The position numbers and the translations under genes are program-made. Below are positions 27,107 through 37,148 of a stretch of 64,000 nucleotides of DNA, one piece after another. The notes below the pieces were generated by a model. It was not told the DNA's origin. It was given only the letters and a program-made list of their open reading frames with translations, and did not search any database. The stretch comes from an uncultured bacterium (lineage in GTDB: Bacteria > JAGOEH01). The stretch spans positions 218,204 through 282,203 of the forward strand of contig CAZWDO010000003.1 of NCBI GenBank assembly GCA_964632485.1, written 5' to 3'. How positions within the stretch are numbered: the first letter of the stretch is position 1; each line of letters begins with the position of its first letter.

Positions 27107-28339
27107 ATGAAAATTCTGCACACATCCGATTGGCATTTGGGACGAAGTCTCAACGGCCGCAAACGTTATGAGGAGCAAGAGGCGTTCCTTGACTGGTTGG
27201 CTGAAACCATTGATCGTGAAGGGATCGATGCATTATTGGTGGCTGGCGATCTTTTTGACGCCAGTACTCCCAGCAACCGCGCTCAGGAACTCTATTACCG
27301 TTTTATGTGCCGAGTGGCGTCCTCGCCCTGTCGGCATGTGGTCGTTATTGGCGGCAACCATGATTCACCCTCCTTTCTTGACGCGCCCAAAGAATTGCTC
27401 AAGTCGCTGAATGTTCACGTTGTCGGCAGCATTACTGATAATCCAGACGATGAGGTGATCGCGCTCGCCGATGCGCGGGGAGCTACTGAATTGGTCGTAT
27501 GCGCCGTGCCTTACCTGCGTGATCGTGATATCCGCTCAGCGGAAGCAGGTGAGAGTATAGAGGACAAGGAACGCAAGCTGGTCGAGGGAATTCGCAATCA
27601 TTATGCAGAAGTCACGCGTTCGGCGGAATCTAAGCGCGCCGAAGCGGGCGGCAATATCCCGCTGGTCGCCATGGGGCATCTGTTCACCGCTGGTGGGTTG
27701 ACCGTCGCTGAGGACGGCGTGCGTGAACTCTATGTAGGATCGTTGGCCCATGTCCGCGCTGACAATCTGCCCGCCAGTCCTGATTATTTCGCATTGGGCC
27801 ATCTTCATGTTCCGCAAACTGTCGGCGGGTCTGATTATATCCGCTATTCCGGATCGCCCATTCCCATGGGATTTGGCGAAATCAATCATGCCAAAAGCGT
27901 GGTCATCGTGGATTTTTCGGATGGAATTCCGCCGCGGATATCGGAGATTCCCGCGCCGCTGTTTCAGCGAATGGAACGTGTTCGCGGAGATTGGTCTCAA
28001 ATTGAGGCCCGACTTCGGGAACTGGCCGCCGCCGGAGTCTCGATCTGGCTGGAAGTAGTTTATGAAAGCGACGAAATCATGGGCGATCTGCGCCAACGCG
28101 TGATGGAACGGGTCGAGAATACCTGTCTCGAAGCGCTGAACGTAAAAAATCCCCGCGCCATTGAAAAAGCCCTGGAACAATCCCAGTGCCATGAATCCCT
28201 CGAGGAATTAGATGAGTACCAGGTGTTCGAACGTCTGCTATCGTCCCGGAAGGCGCCGGAAGAGCAGAGATCGGCATTGATTCATACCTATCGCGAAGCG
28301 GTTCAGTCGCTTTACGACGATGATGCGAATGCGGAATAG
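27107..28339 (+). CDS. sbcD: Exonuclease SbcCD nuclease subunit D (Mre11-like phosphoesterase)
   Basis: RBS AGGAGG. MKILHTSDWHLG...LLVAGDLFD...VIGGNHDS are the calcineurin-like phosphoesterase motifs I-III. Confidence 0.85.
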   Translation: MKILHTSDWHLGRSLNGRKRYEEQEAFLDWLAETIDREGIDALLVAGDLFDASTPSNRAQELYYRFMCRVASSPCRHVVVIGGNHDSPSFLDAPKELLKSLNVHVVGSITDNPDDEVIALADARGATELVVCAVPYLRDRDIRSAEAGESIEDKERKLVEGIRNHYAEVTRSAESKRAEAGGNIPLVAMGHLFTAGGLTVAEDGVRELYVGSLAHVRADNLPASPDYFALGHLHVPQTVGGSDYIRYSGSPIPMGFGEINHAKSVVIVDFSDGIPPRISEIPAPLFQRMERVRGDWSQIEARLRELAAAGVSIWLEVVYESDEIMGDLRQRVMERVENTCLEALNVKNPRAIEKALEQSQCHESLEELDEYQVFERLLSSRKAPEEQRSALIHTYREAVQSLYDDDANAE

Positions 28340-28348
28340 GAGGATTTG

Positions 28349-31300
28349 ATGCGAATATTGCATATTCGATTCAGGAATTTAAATTCATTGGTTGGGGAAT
28401 GGTGTATCGATCTGACCCATCCCGAGATTGTTTCAAATGGGATTTTTGCGATCGTGGGTCCCACGGGTTCCGGAAAAACGACGATACTCGACGCCATCTG
28501 CCTGGCGCTTTATGGCTGCACTCCTCGCTTGGGGAAAATCAGTTCCAGTGATAATGAAATTATGTCCCGTCAAACCGTTGAGTGTTATGCCGAAGTAACT
28601 TTCGAGACCCAGAAAGGGCGCTATCGCTGTCACTGGAGCCAGCATCTGGCGCGACGAAAACTCTCGGGTCCCTTGCAACAGCCTCGGCATGAACTGGCCG
28701 ATGCCAGTGTTGAACCCGCGAGGGTTTTGGCCAACGGCAGTGAAGTGGTCAAGTGCGTCGAGGAAGCGACGGGCATGGACTTCGGACGTTTCACCCGTTC
28801 CATGCTGCTCGCTCAGGGCAATTTCGCCGCTTTTCTGCAATCGAAAAGCGATGATCGTTCCGCTCTGTTGGAAGAGATTACCGGTACAGATATATACAGC
28901 CGCATTTCACTGCGTGTTCATGACCGGCGCAAGGCGGAACGCGATAAACTGGACCTAATGAATGATAAAGCGGAAGAGATTGAACTGCTCTCTTCCGAAG
29001 ATGAACGGCAACTGGCGGCGGCCTTGGAAATTGATGCTAAACGGGAACAGGAACTCAACGCTGAAATCGGACTCAGGAATCAGGCGATTGTGTGGCTTGA
29101 TGGCATGGTGCGTTTGGAAGAGGAGCTGATAAAGATCGATGAATTGCAAGGGGCTTGGGAAACGCGCATGGCAGCGTTCGCTCCGGAACGGGAACGACTC
29201 CGGCTTGCCCGGTTGGCGGGGGAACTCGAGATTGATTTTAAAAATTTAAGCCGTAGTCGCCGGGAATTTGAAGAAATCCGGCGCCAACTGGATGAAAAAC
29301 AATCCTCTCTGCCGAAGGTTGAAGCGGACGTTTTTCTGGCTGATGATGCGATGAAAGCGGCGAACGATCGCCTGAATGCCGCTAAACTGGAACGTCAAAA
29401 CATGAAACCGGTTATCGATAAAGCTCGTGAGTTGGATACGAAGATTGTCGAAAAGGAAGTTCCGATTCGTACGCAAAGAGACGATTTCCATAGGAGTGAA
29501 TCCGAGCTGGGGCGGATGACTGAGCAGCGGGATGAGATCGCCTCGCAGCTCGGGCGAAGCAGCCATACCTTTGATCAGTTGCTGCAATGGCAGGAGCGAA
29601 ATTCGGCAGATGAGCGCTTGATCAAACAGCTTAGCGCGATTGAAAATCGTTTTGACGCCCTACGGGAGTCTCATCATCGCTACCGCAATAGCCTGCAAGA
29701 ATCAGGGAACGCCGAAAAGCAATTGCAAGCCGAGACTTGGCTTATGCAAAAAGCGCAGGAAAAACTGAAGCGCCGCCAGGAGGAACTGGAACGAATTCAG
29801 CAGGAGCTGTCCGTTGGGGAAAGAGAATGTAAACTCTTACTTGGCGATCAGGTGTTAGCCGGATGGCGGAACCGGCAAATACGATTGATTGAGCGCAAGG
29901 AATTACTCAATCGCCTCGGAGAGGCATTGCGGCGCGTCGGTGAGTCGGAAGCTGTTATCGAGAAATCGGAAGGCCGGGACCGGGGAAGTCAGACGCAGTA
30001 TGACGAATTGAATACTCGCTTGGCCGGTTTGATGGAAAAACGCCCGACGTTGGAATCGGAAGTTGAACTGCTGGAAAATCAATTGCTTCTGCTCAAACGG
30101 ATTGAGGATTATGAGACTGCCCGCCACCAGTTAATGGACGGAGAGCCCTGCCCTTTGTGCGGCGCAAGGCAACATCCCTTCGCCCAGGGCAATATCCCTG
30201 TTCCCGATGCCACGCGCCAGCGTCTGGATGCCGCGCGCGGTGAGTTGAAATCGGTTAGCGACGCGCTATCCAAGCTCCGAATCCGACTGGCGCAACTTGA
30301 TCAGGAGCTGAAACATGAAGAAGCGAAACGCCGGGAACATCGCGAACGCATAGCAGCCGCTCGCGCGAATATAGCCGAAATATGCGAACAAGTGCCGGAT
30401 GAACTGAATGTGAGCGCAGGAGATCCCGATTTGTCCTCGAATATTGAGCGCTTGCGGAACGAAAATCAGCAGGAGTGGAATCAAGTATCAAAAATTGTCG
30501 AATCCGCTGAAAGCCTCGAAACTCAATTGCAAACTCTTCATCAATCCCTGCTGAAAACAGGAAAGGCGGTCGGGCAGGCCGAACGCGAAATGGGGGACGC
30601 TATGCATCGACGGAATTTGACAGATCAGTCCCTCTCACGTCTGAAAAGCGAAATGGAAACGCTAGGCCTCCGTAATGAAGAAACTCTCACCGCGTTGAAC
30701 CGGGAAGTGGAGTTTTTCGGGATAAAGGACTTAACGATCGATAGACTGGATTCTGTGAAAACTGCGCTGAAAGAGCGATGCGAACAGTGGCAGGTTAAGA
30801 GTCGGGAACGGGACGACCTTGAGAGAAAGATCGCCAAGTTGGAAAACTCGGCGGTTGCGTTATCGGAAAGCATGGAAAAAACAGAAACGGAACTGAACGC
30901 TAAACGGCGGCAATTGGAAATTCTGGAACGTGAACAGGAGGAGTTGCATCGGGAACGGTGGGACCTCTTTGGCGACAAGCGCCCCTTTGATGAGGAAATG
31001 CGCCTGGATGCGGCTATTGCTTCTGCGGAAGATGACTCTGATAAAATCCGAGATCGACTTTCCAAAGCGCGCGAGTGGCTTGGCGGGGTGCGCGCCGCTA
31101 TGGAACAGTTGACGATACGCTTGCGTGAACGGGAGGCGCAGGTAGAGTCAGAAACTGGGCAATTCCGGAAACGGTTGGAGGAAAAAGGATTCGTCAATGA
31201 GGAAGGTTATCTGGGCGTTTGTTTGACGGCCGTTGAACGGGGGAATCTCGAACAGCGCGAGCGGATCCTGGCCGATGAGAATCTCGAATTGTCGTCCCGA

Positions 31301-32053
31301 CGGCGCGAGAAATCGGATCAGTTGGACTTGGAACGCCGGAAGCGGATCACGGAAGAGGAGTACACAGCGCTCCGGGAAGCGATAGTTATGCTAGGCGATG
31401 AGCAACGGCAAGCGCAGCAGCGGATCGGCGCTGTCCGCCAGCGGCTCGCTGAAAATGAAGGCAGAAAACAGCGCTGGCAGGAACAGATGGATGCGATTAC
31501 CGCGCAACGGTTAGAATGCGCGCGGTGGGACGAGTTGCATGCGCTGATCGGTTCGTCCGATGGCAAGAAATACCGCAATTTCGCCCAGGGGCTGACGTTC
31601 CAGGTCATGGTCAATCACGCCAATGATCAATTGCAGAAAATGAGCGATCGCTATTTGTTGACCAGGGATAGAGGGGAACCATTGGAATTGAAAGTGATGG
31701 ATGCCTATCAGGCCGGAGAGGAGCGTTCCACCCGTAATCTCTCGGGTGGTGAAAGTTTTATTGTTAGTCTGGCCTTGGCCCTGGGGCTTTCCCGCATGGT
31801 GAGCCGCAATGTGCGGGTCGATTCGCTGTTTCTGGACGAGGGTTTCGGTACGTTGGACCCGGAAGCGTTGGATATGGCCCTCAACACACTCTCCAATTTG
31901 CAACAGGATGGTAAGCTGATCGGGATCATCTCCCATGTGGGGGCCATGCGCGACCGGATATCCGCCAGGATTCAGGTTAAACCGGTTTCCGGCGGGTGGA
32001 GTCTTTTGGAGGGCGCGTGTATTTCTCGTCCGAGTCAAGCTTCGAAAACGTAA
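28349..32053 (+). CDS. sbcC: Exonuclease SbcCD ATPase subunit C (Rad50-like SMC)
   Basis: Walker A GPTGSGKTTILDAICLALYG, a long coiled coil, the zinc hook CPLCGARQHP, the signature LSGGESFIVSLALALGL and Walker B SLFLDEGFGTLD. Confidence 0.85.
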   Translation: MRILHIRFRNLNSLVGEWCIDLTHPEIVSNGIFAIVGPTGSGKTTILDAICLALYGCTPRLGKISSSDNEIMSRQTVECYAEVTFETQKGRYRCHWSQHLARRKLSGPLQQPRHELADASVEPARVLANGSEVVKCVEEATGMDFGRFTRSMLLAQGNFAAFLQSKSDDRSALLEEITGTDIYSRISLRVHDRRKAERDKLDLMNDKAEEIELLSSEDERQLAAALEIDAKREQELNAEIGLRNQAIVWLDGMVRLEEELIKIDELQGAWETRMAAFAPERERLRLARLAGELEIDFKNLSRSRREFEEIRRQLDEKQSSLPKVEADVFLADDAMKAANDRLNAAKLERQNMKPVIDKARELDTKIVEKEVPIRTQRDDFHRSESELGRMTEQRDEIASQLGRSSHTFDQLLQWQERNSADERLIKQLSAIENRFDALRESHHRYRNSLQESGNAEKQLQAETWLMQKAQEKLKRRQEELERIQQELSVGERECKLLLGDQVLAGWRNRQIRLIERKELLNRLGEALRRVGESEAVIEKSEGRDRGSQTQYDELNTRLAGLMEKRPTLESEVELLENQLLLLKRIEDYETARHQLMDGEPCPLCGARQHPFAQGNIPVPDATRQRLDAARGELKSVSDALSKLRIRLAQLDQELKHEEAKRREHRERIAAARANIAEICEQVPDELNVSAGDPDLSSNIERLRNENQQEWNQVSKIVESAESLETQLQTLHQSLLKTGKAVGQAEREMGDAMHRRNLTDQSLSRLKSEMETLGLRNEETLTALNREVEFFGIKDLTIDRLDSVKTALKERCEQWQVKSRERDDLERKIAKLENSAVALSESMEKTETELNAKRRQLEILEREQEELHRERWDLFGDKRPFDEEMRLDAAIASAEDDSDKIRDRLSKAREWLGGVRAAMEQLTIRLREREAQVESETGQFRKRLEEKGFVNEEGYLGVCLTAVERGNLEQRERILADENLELSSRRREKSDQLDLERRKRITEEEYTALREAIVMLGDEQRQAQQRIGAVRQRLAENEGRKQRWQEQMDAITAQRLECARWDELHALIGSSDGKKYRNFAQGLTFQVMVNHANDQLQKMSDRYLLTRDRGEPLELKVMDAYQAGEERSTRNLSGGESFIVSLALALGLSRMVSRNVRVDSLFLDEGFGTLDPEALDMALNTLSNLQQDGKLIGIISHVGAMRDRISARIQVKPVSGGWSLLEGACISRPSQASKT

Positions 32054-32135
32054 AAATAATTCCGATCTCAGTGTCATGCCGTTCGCGCCGGGTTGCGGCA
32101 TCTATCTTTGATAAGATGTTTCCTCTGCTTGCGAA

Positions 32136-32208
32136 GGAATCCCCTCACCCTGCCCTCTCCCCAATGGGGCGAGGAGATAAGAGGGGGCGCGGGAATGACA
32201 GGAATGAC
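32136..32208. repeat. Reverse-orientation copy of the GTCATTCC/GGAATCC hairpin-repeat family, with a degenerate copy also at ~32073-32100
   Basis: GGAATCC...cgGGAATGACaGGAATGAC (minus strand reads GTCATTCCtGTCATTCCcg...GGATTCC), and atgccg...cggcat at 32075-32100. Confidence 0.4.
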
Positions 32209-32213
32209 GGGGA

Positions 32214-33950
32214 TTAGGGCGCTTGAGTCACCTCTAGTGAAATCAACCAATAGGATTGGCCATAGTAATGTTGTCGTTGGATAGATAGTTTGGGTTTCCA
32301 GCTCGTATTTCCTAATATCTGAAAATGCATCCCGGCTGAATATTCATGCTCTCGATCCGTGCGCTCATAAGCATTCTGTCGATATTTGCGATAATCGGTA
32401 TAGCGTTGTGAAAAAAATAACTGTCCTTCTATTTTCGGATAACGAACCGTCAGTTTGCCTTCGATATATTGGCGGTCACGCAGGTTTTGGCGCAGAAACC
32501 GATACTCTTTTTCTTTCAAGAGGATATAAGGACCATAGTCGCGCTTCTGATTATTATTGGCAAAAGACACCGTCCAATTTGATGATATTTTATAGTTTAT
32601 CCCGAGAAGATAATCGAGCGACCGTAGAAGAAGATTATTGTCCGGGATAAAATGGTAGTAGTTGTAGTTAGCTTCCCATCTTAATCCGTTCGATAAAAAC
32701 AAATTGTCTGAGATGGTGATTGACCATTCTGTTTTTAATTGAAAAACATCTTCGGTAAAATTTCCCGCTGAAAGATATTGAGAAATATAGACCAGTTTTT
32801 TACGTGAATTGCGGAATTCACAAGCAAAGCGCCAGGTATGACCCGGCGGAGCCAGCTCACCTTTGAGCGCAATAACCAGCCTGAGTTGGTCGTTGTCACT
32901 CAGATTGAGCGGATCGGTAAAATAAAAAGCATCCTTTTCAATTTGTTGGGTAAATTGAAATGACGCGTACCCGGGCTGCCAGTTCCAGCCTGTTCCTAAA
33001 AGCGCATATTCATAATAGAAATTGTTGAAACTATTTAAAAAAAAACTTTCCGTCCGTGTATAGGCATGTTGGAGATGAAGGTCTAACCGACGTAAACATT
33101 GAAATTGAAAATCGCCTTGTTGACTAAAATAATGACGGTTCCATTTTTGAGTCGGTAAATGATGAAGTGTTGAATAATAACCGACCCATTCAGTAGAATC
33201 GATTGTCAAAATTTGGGTGTATTCCATACTTTTTAGGCGGACTTTCCACTTGGAACCGATTTGATAACCATGGGCTTTTTTCTCTTCGGCAATTGTTTCA
33301 CGAAGATATGTATGGCGGGATTGGAGATAATGGAAAAATATCTGGGGTTCAACCCAGGAATAGATAGCGGACCACTGGTGGTTGAAGCGGGTGATATAGT
33401 AGGGCAGATCCTGTTGTAAATTGAGTTCCCATTTTGCGTCACTCATATTTGACCAGCTTGCCCAAGCCAATTTATTTCGCAATTGAAGTATATGATAATA
33501 CCCTCGGTTATCGATCCGGTGGTTGATCTCCATCGAACGGTAATAATATTGATCGCTTTTGTAACCACTTTCCAACGTTCCGTCAATCAGAGAGTTGTCC
33601 GGGATTTGACAGAAGATGCCCATTGTATAGAGATTTGAATTTATTATATAAAGCGAACTGACATCTTTTTGCAATTGATAGCGAAAAAATGGTCGAATGA
33701 TTGAATTTGGAATAATATAGGTCTGGATTAGATTTTGACGCTGATATTTGTTAAGAGTGCGGTTATATGTTTGTTCGCTGCTGATTGTAAATTGTACAGG
33801 CAGGAAGTCGGTTTGGTGATAACTGAGTGAATCATTCAGCTCATAGCGGTCGTTGTTTTGATTAAATTGCAGTTGGTGGAATAATGGAAATGACGGACTT
33901 GAACTTACCCATAAGATTATAAGGAGGAAAACCGGTCCGAAATAGTTCAT
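32214..33950 (-). CDS. Hypothetical secreted protein, Tyr/Asn/Trp-rich; putative outer-membrane beta-barrel
   Basis: Signal peptide MNYFGPVFLLIILWVSSSPSF. Aromatic-rich alternating pattern throughout and an aromatic-rich C-terminal region. No catalytic motifs. Confidence 0.45.
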   Translation of the reverse strand: MNYFGPVFLLIILWVSSSPSFPLFHQLQFNQNNDRYELNDSLSYHQTDFLPVQFTISSEQTYNRTLNKYQRQNLIQTYIIPNSIIRPFFRYQLQKDVSSLYIINSNLYTMGIFCQIPDNSLIDGTLESGYKSDQYYYRSMEINHRIDNRGYYHILQLRNKLAWASWSNMSDAKWELNLQQDLPYYITRFNHQWSAIYSWVEPQIFFHYLQSRHTYLRETIAEEKKAHGYQIGSKWKVRLKSMEYTQILTIDSTEWVGYYSTLHHLPTQKWNRHYFSQQGDFQFQCLRRLDLHLQHAYTRTESFFLNSFNNFYYEYALLGTGWNWQPGYASFQFTQQIEKDAFYFTDPLNLSDNDQLRLVIALKGELAPPGHTWRFACEFRNSRKKLVYISQYLSAGNFTEDVFQLKTEWSITISDNLFLSNGLRWEANYNYYHFIPDNNLLLRSLDYLLGINYKISSNWTVSFANNNQKRDYGPYILLKEKEYRFLRQNLRDRQYIEGKLTVRYPKIEGQLFFSQRYTDYRKYRQNAYERTDREHEYSAGMHFQILGNTSWKPKLSIQRQHYYGQSYWLISLEVTQAP

Positions 33951-34159
33951 GGCTAACGGAAATAGTTGCGGTATTTCGTGATAAGCCTATCATACAGATA
34001 AAATAGAAGCGCAAAATATTGCGATAGCCGGATCGAATTGTTATTTGCGCAACAGTTAGCCAAACAGGTGTTGATCCATTGGATCAAATAGGAGTGATGA
34101 TTAACAAGAAGCGGTACGTACATGAGGCAAACCAGCTCTCTGGGGAGAATGAAATAGGA

Positions 34160-34855
34160 TTACCAGCTACCGGAGGCGCCACCTCCGCCGAAACTACCGC
34201 CGCCGCCGCTAAATCCGCTGCCGCTACTGCTAGACCAGCCGCCGCCACTGGAATAGAAGCGTCCGCCTTTTCTGCTGCCGAGTCTGAAAATAAGTGAAAA
34301 AAAGATAAAAATCGTGATGAATCCGATCCACACGGCAATTGGGGATGCTTCTTTATTTTCTTTTTCAAGCTCGGTGAAAGCCGAGGAATCACCAGCGATC
34401 GCCGCCCCCATGATTTTAAAAGACTCTGAAATCCCCTGGTAGTAGTCGCCGCTGCGAAAGGCTGGAACCATGATCTGACGGATAATAGACCCGCATTTTC
34501 CATCGGATAGAATGCTTTCCAGTCCATACCCCACTTCAATGCGGATTTTCCGTTCTGCCTGGGCAACAACTAGGATCAGACCATTGTCCTGGTCTTTTGT
34601 GCCGATCTTCCAGGCTTCCGCGGTGCGCATGCTGTATTCCTCCAGAATTTCACCGTCCAGAGATGGTATGCTAAAAAAAACCATTTGGGATGATGTATTG
34701 GCTTCAACCGATGCGAGATAATCGTTTAATTCTCTTTCCTGCGAGGGAGTCAGCAAATCGGCGTAGTCGTTGATACGGCCTTTAAGCGGTAGAAGATCGA
34801 GCGCCATCAGCGTGGGAACGAAAGCGCACAGGAAGATAAATAGTAGTTTTTTCAT
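34160..34855 (-). CDS. TPM-domain protein (YgcG-like) with a C-terminal TM segment and Gly/Ser-rich tail
   Basis: Signal peptide. INDYADLLTPSQERELNDYL...QMVFFSIPSLDG...DNGLILVVAQAERKIRIEVGYGLE matches the TPM/TLP18.3 domain. The tail reads GGRFYSSGGGWSSSSGSGFSGGGGSFGGGG. Confidence 0.75.
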   Translation of the reverse strand: MKKLLFIFLCAFVPTLMALDLLPLKGRINDYADLLTPSQERELNDYLASVEANTSSQMVFFSIPSLDGEILEEYSMRTAEAWKIGTKDQDNGLILVVAQAERKIRIEVGYGLESILSDGKCGSIIRQIMVPAFRSGDYYQGISESFKIMGAAIAGDSSAFTELEKENKEASPIAVWIGFITIFIFFSLIFRLGSRKGGRFYSSGGGWSSSSGSGFSGGGGSFGGGGASGSW

Positions 34856-34857
34856 GG

Positions 34858-35523
34858 TTATAACTCGATGATGGGGTTATCGCTTAACTCATTGACATCG
34901 TCCGGCTGGATCGGAAATAACGGCGCTAAGTGTTCGCCGCAGTTTTGAATCTGGGTGGATAGAGCGTCGATAAAGCGGTTTTCTTTGATTCCGCGAATAA
35001 TTTCATCAACATTATTTTGCCAGGTTTCCTCTGGAATCTGAGCGGCTATCGCTGTGTCAACGAGTAGCTCGACTCTTCGTTCAAAAAATGAGATATAAAA
35101 GAGGACTCCGGTGGCTCCCTGGGTCGCGCCAATCTTGTGACGGTAAAATGCGGATTCGGCAGAAGTACGGACAGTGTTTGCCAGCACATTGCGGGGAATC
35201 AGATTGAACTTGAGCCATGGAATATGCCCAATCAGCCAAATGATTATAAACAGTAATGATTGTGTTAATAAGAAAAATACCAGCGCCAGAGTCAAATTTG
35301 TTTCCCAATAAAAAGAATGGATCCATGAAACCCATGTTTTTCCCGATAGGATCAGCGCGATAGAAAATATGAGCGTAATCAATACGGCAAATATCAAACT
35401 CACAGAAGCGTAATTGTCAGATTTGCGGGCAATGACTGTCACAATTTCAGCGGATGTTTTTTTCTCCGCGATTTGTGTCGCTTGAGTAATCTTGTCAAGA
35501 TCGGTTTGAGTGAAACGACGCAT
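34858..35523 (-). CDS. TPM-domain-containing membrane protein
   Basis: Classic LemA-TPM-TPM operon arrangement. Central TM helices. An N-terminal TPM-like segment (ITQATQIAEKKTSAEIVTVIARKSDNY). Confidence 0.6.
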   Translation of the reverse strand: MRRFTQTDLDKITQATQIAEKKTSAEIVTVIARKSDNYASVSLIFAVLITLIFSIALILSGKTWVSWIHSFYWETNLTLALVFFLLTQSLLFIIIWLIGHIPWLKFNLIPRNVLANTVRTSAESAFYRHKIGATQGATGVLFYISFFERRVELLVDTAIAAQIPEETWQNNVDEIIRGIKENRFIDALSTQIQNCGEHLAPLFPIQPDDVNELSDNPIIEL

Positions 35524-35538
35524 ATTGTGTGTATCCTG

Positions 35539-36108
35539 TTAAAATTCTACTTTAGGGGCTTGTTTGGCGCTTTCGTCAGCTTTGAAGTAGTCGTATTGGT
35601 TGATATTAATTCCACGCAGGCTGACAAAAAAAGAGTTGGGAAAGGCTCTTGCATATTGTCGAAATAGTTCCACTTCTCCGTTATACCGGCGTCGTTCGAC
35701 ACTGATTCGGTTTTCTGTACCGCTGAGTTCATCCATTAGTTTATTAAACGATTCATTTGCTTTGAGGTCCGGATAGTTTTCGCTAAACACCAGCAAACGG
35801 GAAAGAGCGCCCTCAAGGCCCTGTGCGGCGGCAATTTTTTCGTTGGGTGTGGGGGCGGAGAAATATGCCTGTCGCGCTTTCGCCAGATCGGTGAAGATTC
35901 CTTCCTCATGTTTGGCGTAGCCCTTAACAGTCGCGACCAGATTCGGAATCAAATCATAACGTCGCTGCAGAACGTTTTCCACATCGCCCCAGGCTTTGCG
36001 GACATTTTCTTCCATGATGACCGGCTTGTTATAGCTTGATACAAAACATGAACCGAAAATAAAAATTATAACGATCAATACCAGACCAATAATGAGTCCT
36101 TTTGACAT
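35539..36108 (-). CDS. lemA: LemA family protein
   Basis: N-terminal TM, then ...RRYDLIPNLVATVKGYAKHE...ENYPDLKANESF...RRRYNGEV, conserved LemA motifs. Confidence 0.8.
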   Translation of the reverse strand: MSKGLIIGLVLIVIIFIFGSCFVSSYNKPVIMEENVRKAWGDVENVLQRRYDLIPNLVATVKGYAKHEEGIFTDLAKARQAYFSAPTPNEKIAAAQGLEGALSRLLVFSENYPDLKANESFNKLMDELSGTENRISVERRRYNGEVELFRQYARAFPNSFFVSLRGININQYDYFKADESAKQAPKVEF

Positions 36109-36332
36109 ATATCCTCCCGGTTAAATCCGATTTATCCACTGGTTAACGGTTTGTAAGTTATCATCTCTATATATTAATATAAAAAAATAAGGAAGTCAAG
36201 TTTTTTTTAAATTTTGAATGCTGAATCCCGTACTTATTTCACAACTGTGTTTTTAAACTGAAATTCGCTTTGCGTGATAAAATGAGCCAATGAGCTGAGG
36301 AGAAGGTTTTTTTTTAGAGTAATGCTTTAGGC

Positions 36333-36371
36333 TTGACTTGGAGCTTAAAATGTGTTAATTTATATTTAACA
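36333..36371 (+). promoter_or_regulatory. Promoter of the metal ABC transporter operon with an overlapping Zur/Fur-like inverted repeat
   Basis: TTGACT - 17 bp - TAATTT. The palindrome TGTTAAtttatatTTAACA (36353-36371) overlaps the -10 element. Confidence 0.35.
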
Positions 36372-36380
36372 GGATAAATT

Positions 36381-37148
36381 ATGGATTATTTAGTGGAAGT
36401 CGAAAATCTGTCGATCGCTTATGAAAACCAGCTCGTTTTACGGGATATTACATTAAATATTGAAGAAGGTGATTTCTTGGGGATTATCGGACCCAATGGC
36501 GGTGGGAAAACCACTCTGTTGAAGGCGTTGCTGGGATTAGTATCGTTCCATAAAGGAACGATCCGTTACAATTTGAAGGGAGGCGGAAATGCGCCCCGGC
36601 TATATGGGATTGGGTATTTACCTCAGATAAAAAATTTTGACCAGCAATTTCCGATAACAGTACAGGATATCGTTTTATCTGGATTGATGAAGGGGGGAGG
36701 ATGGTTTTCACATTTTTCTCGAGATGAAAAAAAACGCGCATCTTTATTATTAGAGCGGTTAGGAATATCCCGACTGGCCCATCGTTCACTAAATGATTTG
36801 TCGGGGGGACTGTTACAACGGGTTTTTCTGGCCCGCGCTTTAATCGGCGCTCCCCGTTTGTTGCTGTTGGACGAACCGAACACTTTTGTCGATAAGGATT
36901 TTGAAAATCATCTCTATCAGATATTGAAAGACCTTCATCAAAAGGAAGGAATATCTATTGTCCTGGTTACTCATGATATTGGTGTGATCTCTTCTTATGT
37001 AAAAAATATTGCGTGTGTGAATGGGACTTTATTTTACCATGGCGGCAATGAAATGACTGAGGCGCTGGTTGATCGCTATAACTGCCCGATCGATATTATT
37101 ACGCATGGCGTTATCCCTCATCGAGTATTAAAGAGACATGATGGTTGA
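36381..37148 (+). CDS. znuC: Metal (Zn/Mn) ABC transporter ATP-binding protein
   Basis: Walker A GPNGGGKTT, signature LSGGLLQRVFLARAL and Walker B LLLLDEP. Adjacent to a ZnuB-type permease. Confidence 0.75.
   Translation: MDYLVEVENLSIAYENQLVLRDITLNIEEGDFLGIIGPNGGGKTTLLKALLGLVSFHKGTIRYNLKGGGNAPRLYGIGYLPQIKNFDQQFPITVQDIVLSGLMKGGGWFSHFSRDEKKRASLLLERLGISRLAHRSLNDLSGGLLQRVFLARALIGAPRLLLLDEPNTFVDKDFENHLYQILKDLHQKEGISIVLVTHDIGVISSYVKNIACVNGTLFYHGGNEMTEALVDRYNCPIDIITHGVIPHRVLKRHDG

Noticed and set aside
26911-27171. ORFs 26911-27162(-) and 26983-27171(+)
   Set aside because: They overlap the tmRNA gene and its terminator; the tmRNA is the real feature.
28433-32101. Multiple minus-strand ORFs inside sbcC (for example 30625-31197-, 31511-32101-)
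   Set aside because: They are antisense to a well-supported SbcC coding frame with Walker A, zinc hook and signature motifs.
34079-34297. Plus-strand ORF (72 aa) and 34084-34569(-) ORF
   Set aside because: They overlap the 3' Gly/Ser-rich coding region of the minus-strand TPM gene; they are antisense or alternate-frame artefacts of low-complexity GGC/GCC repeats.
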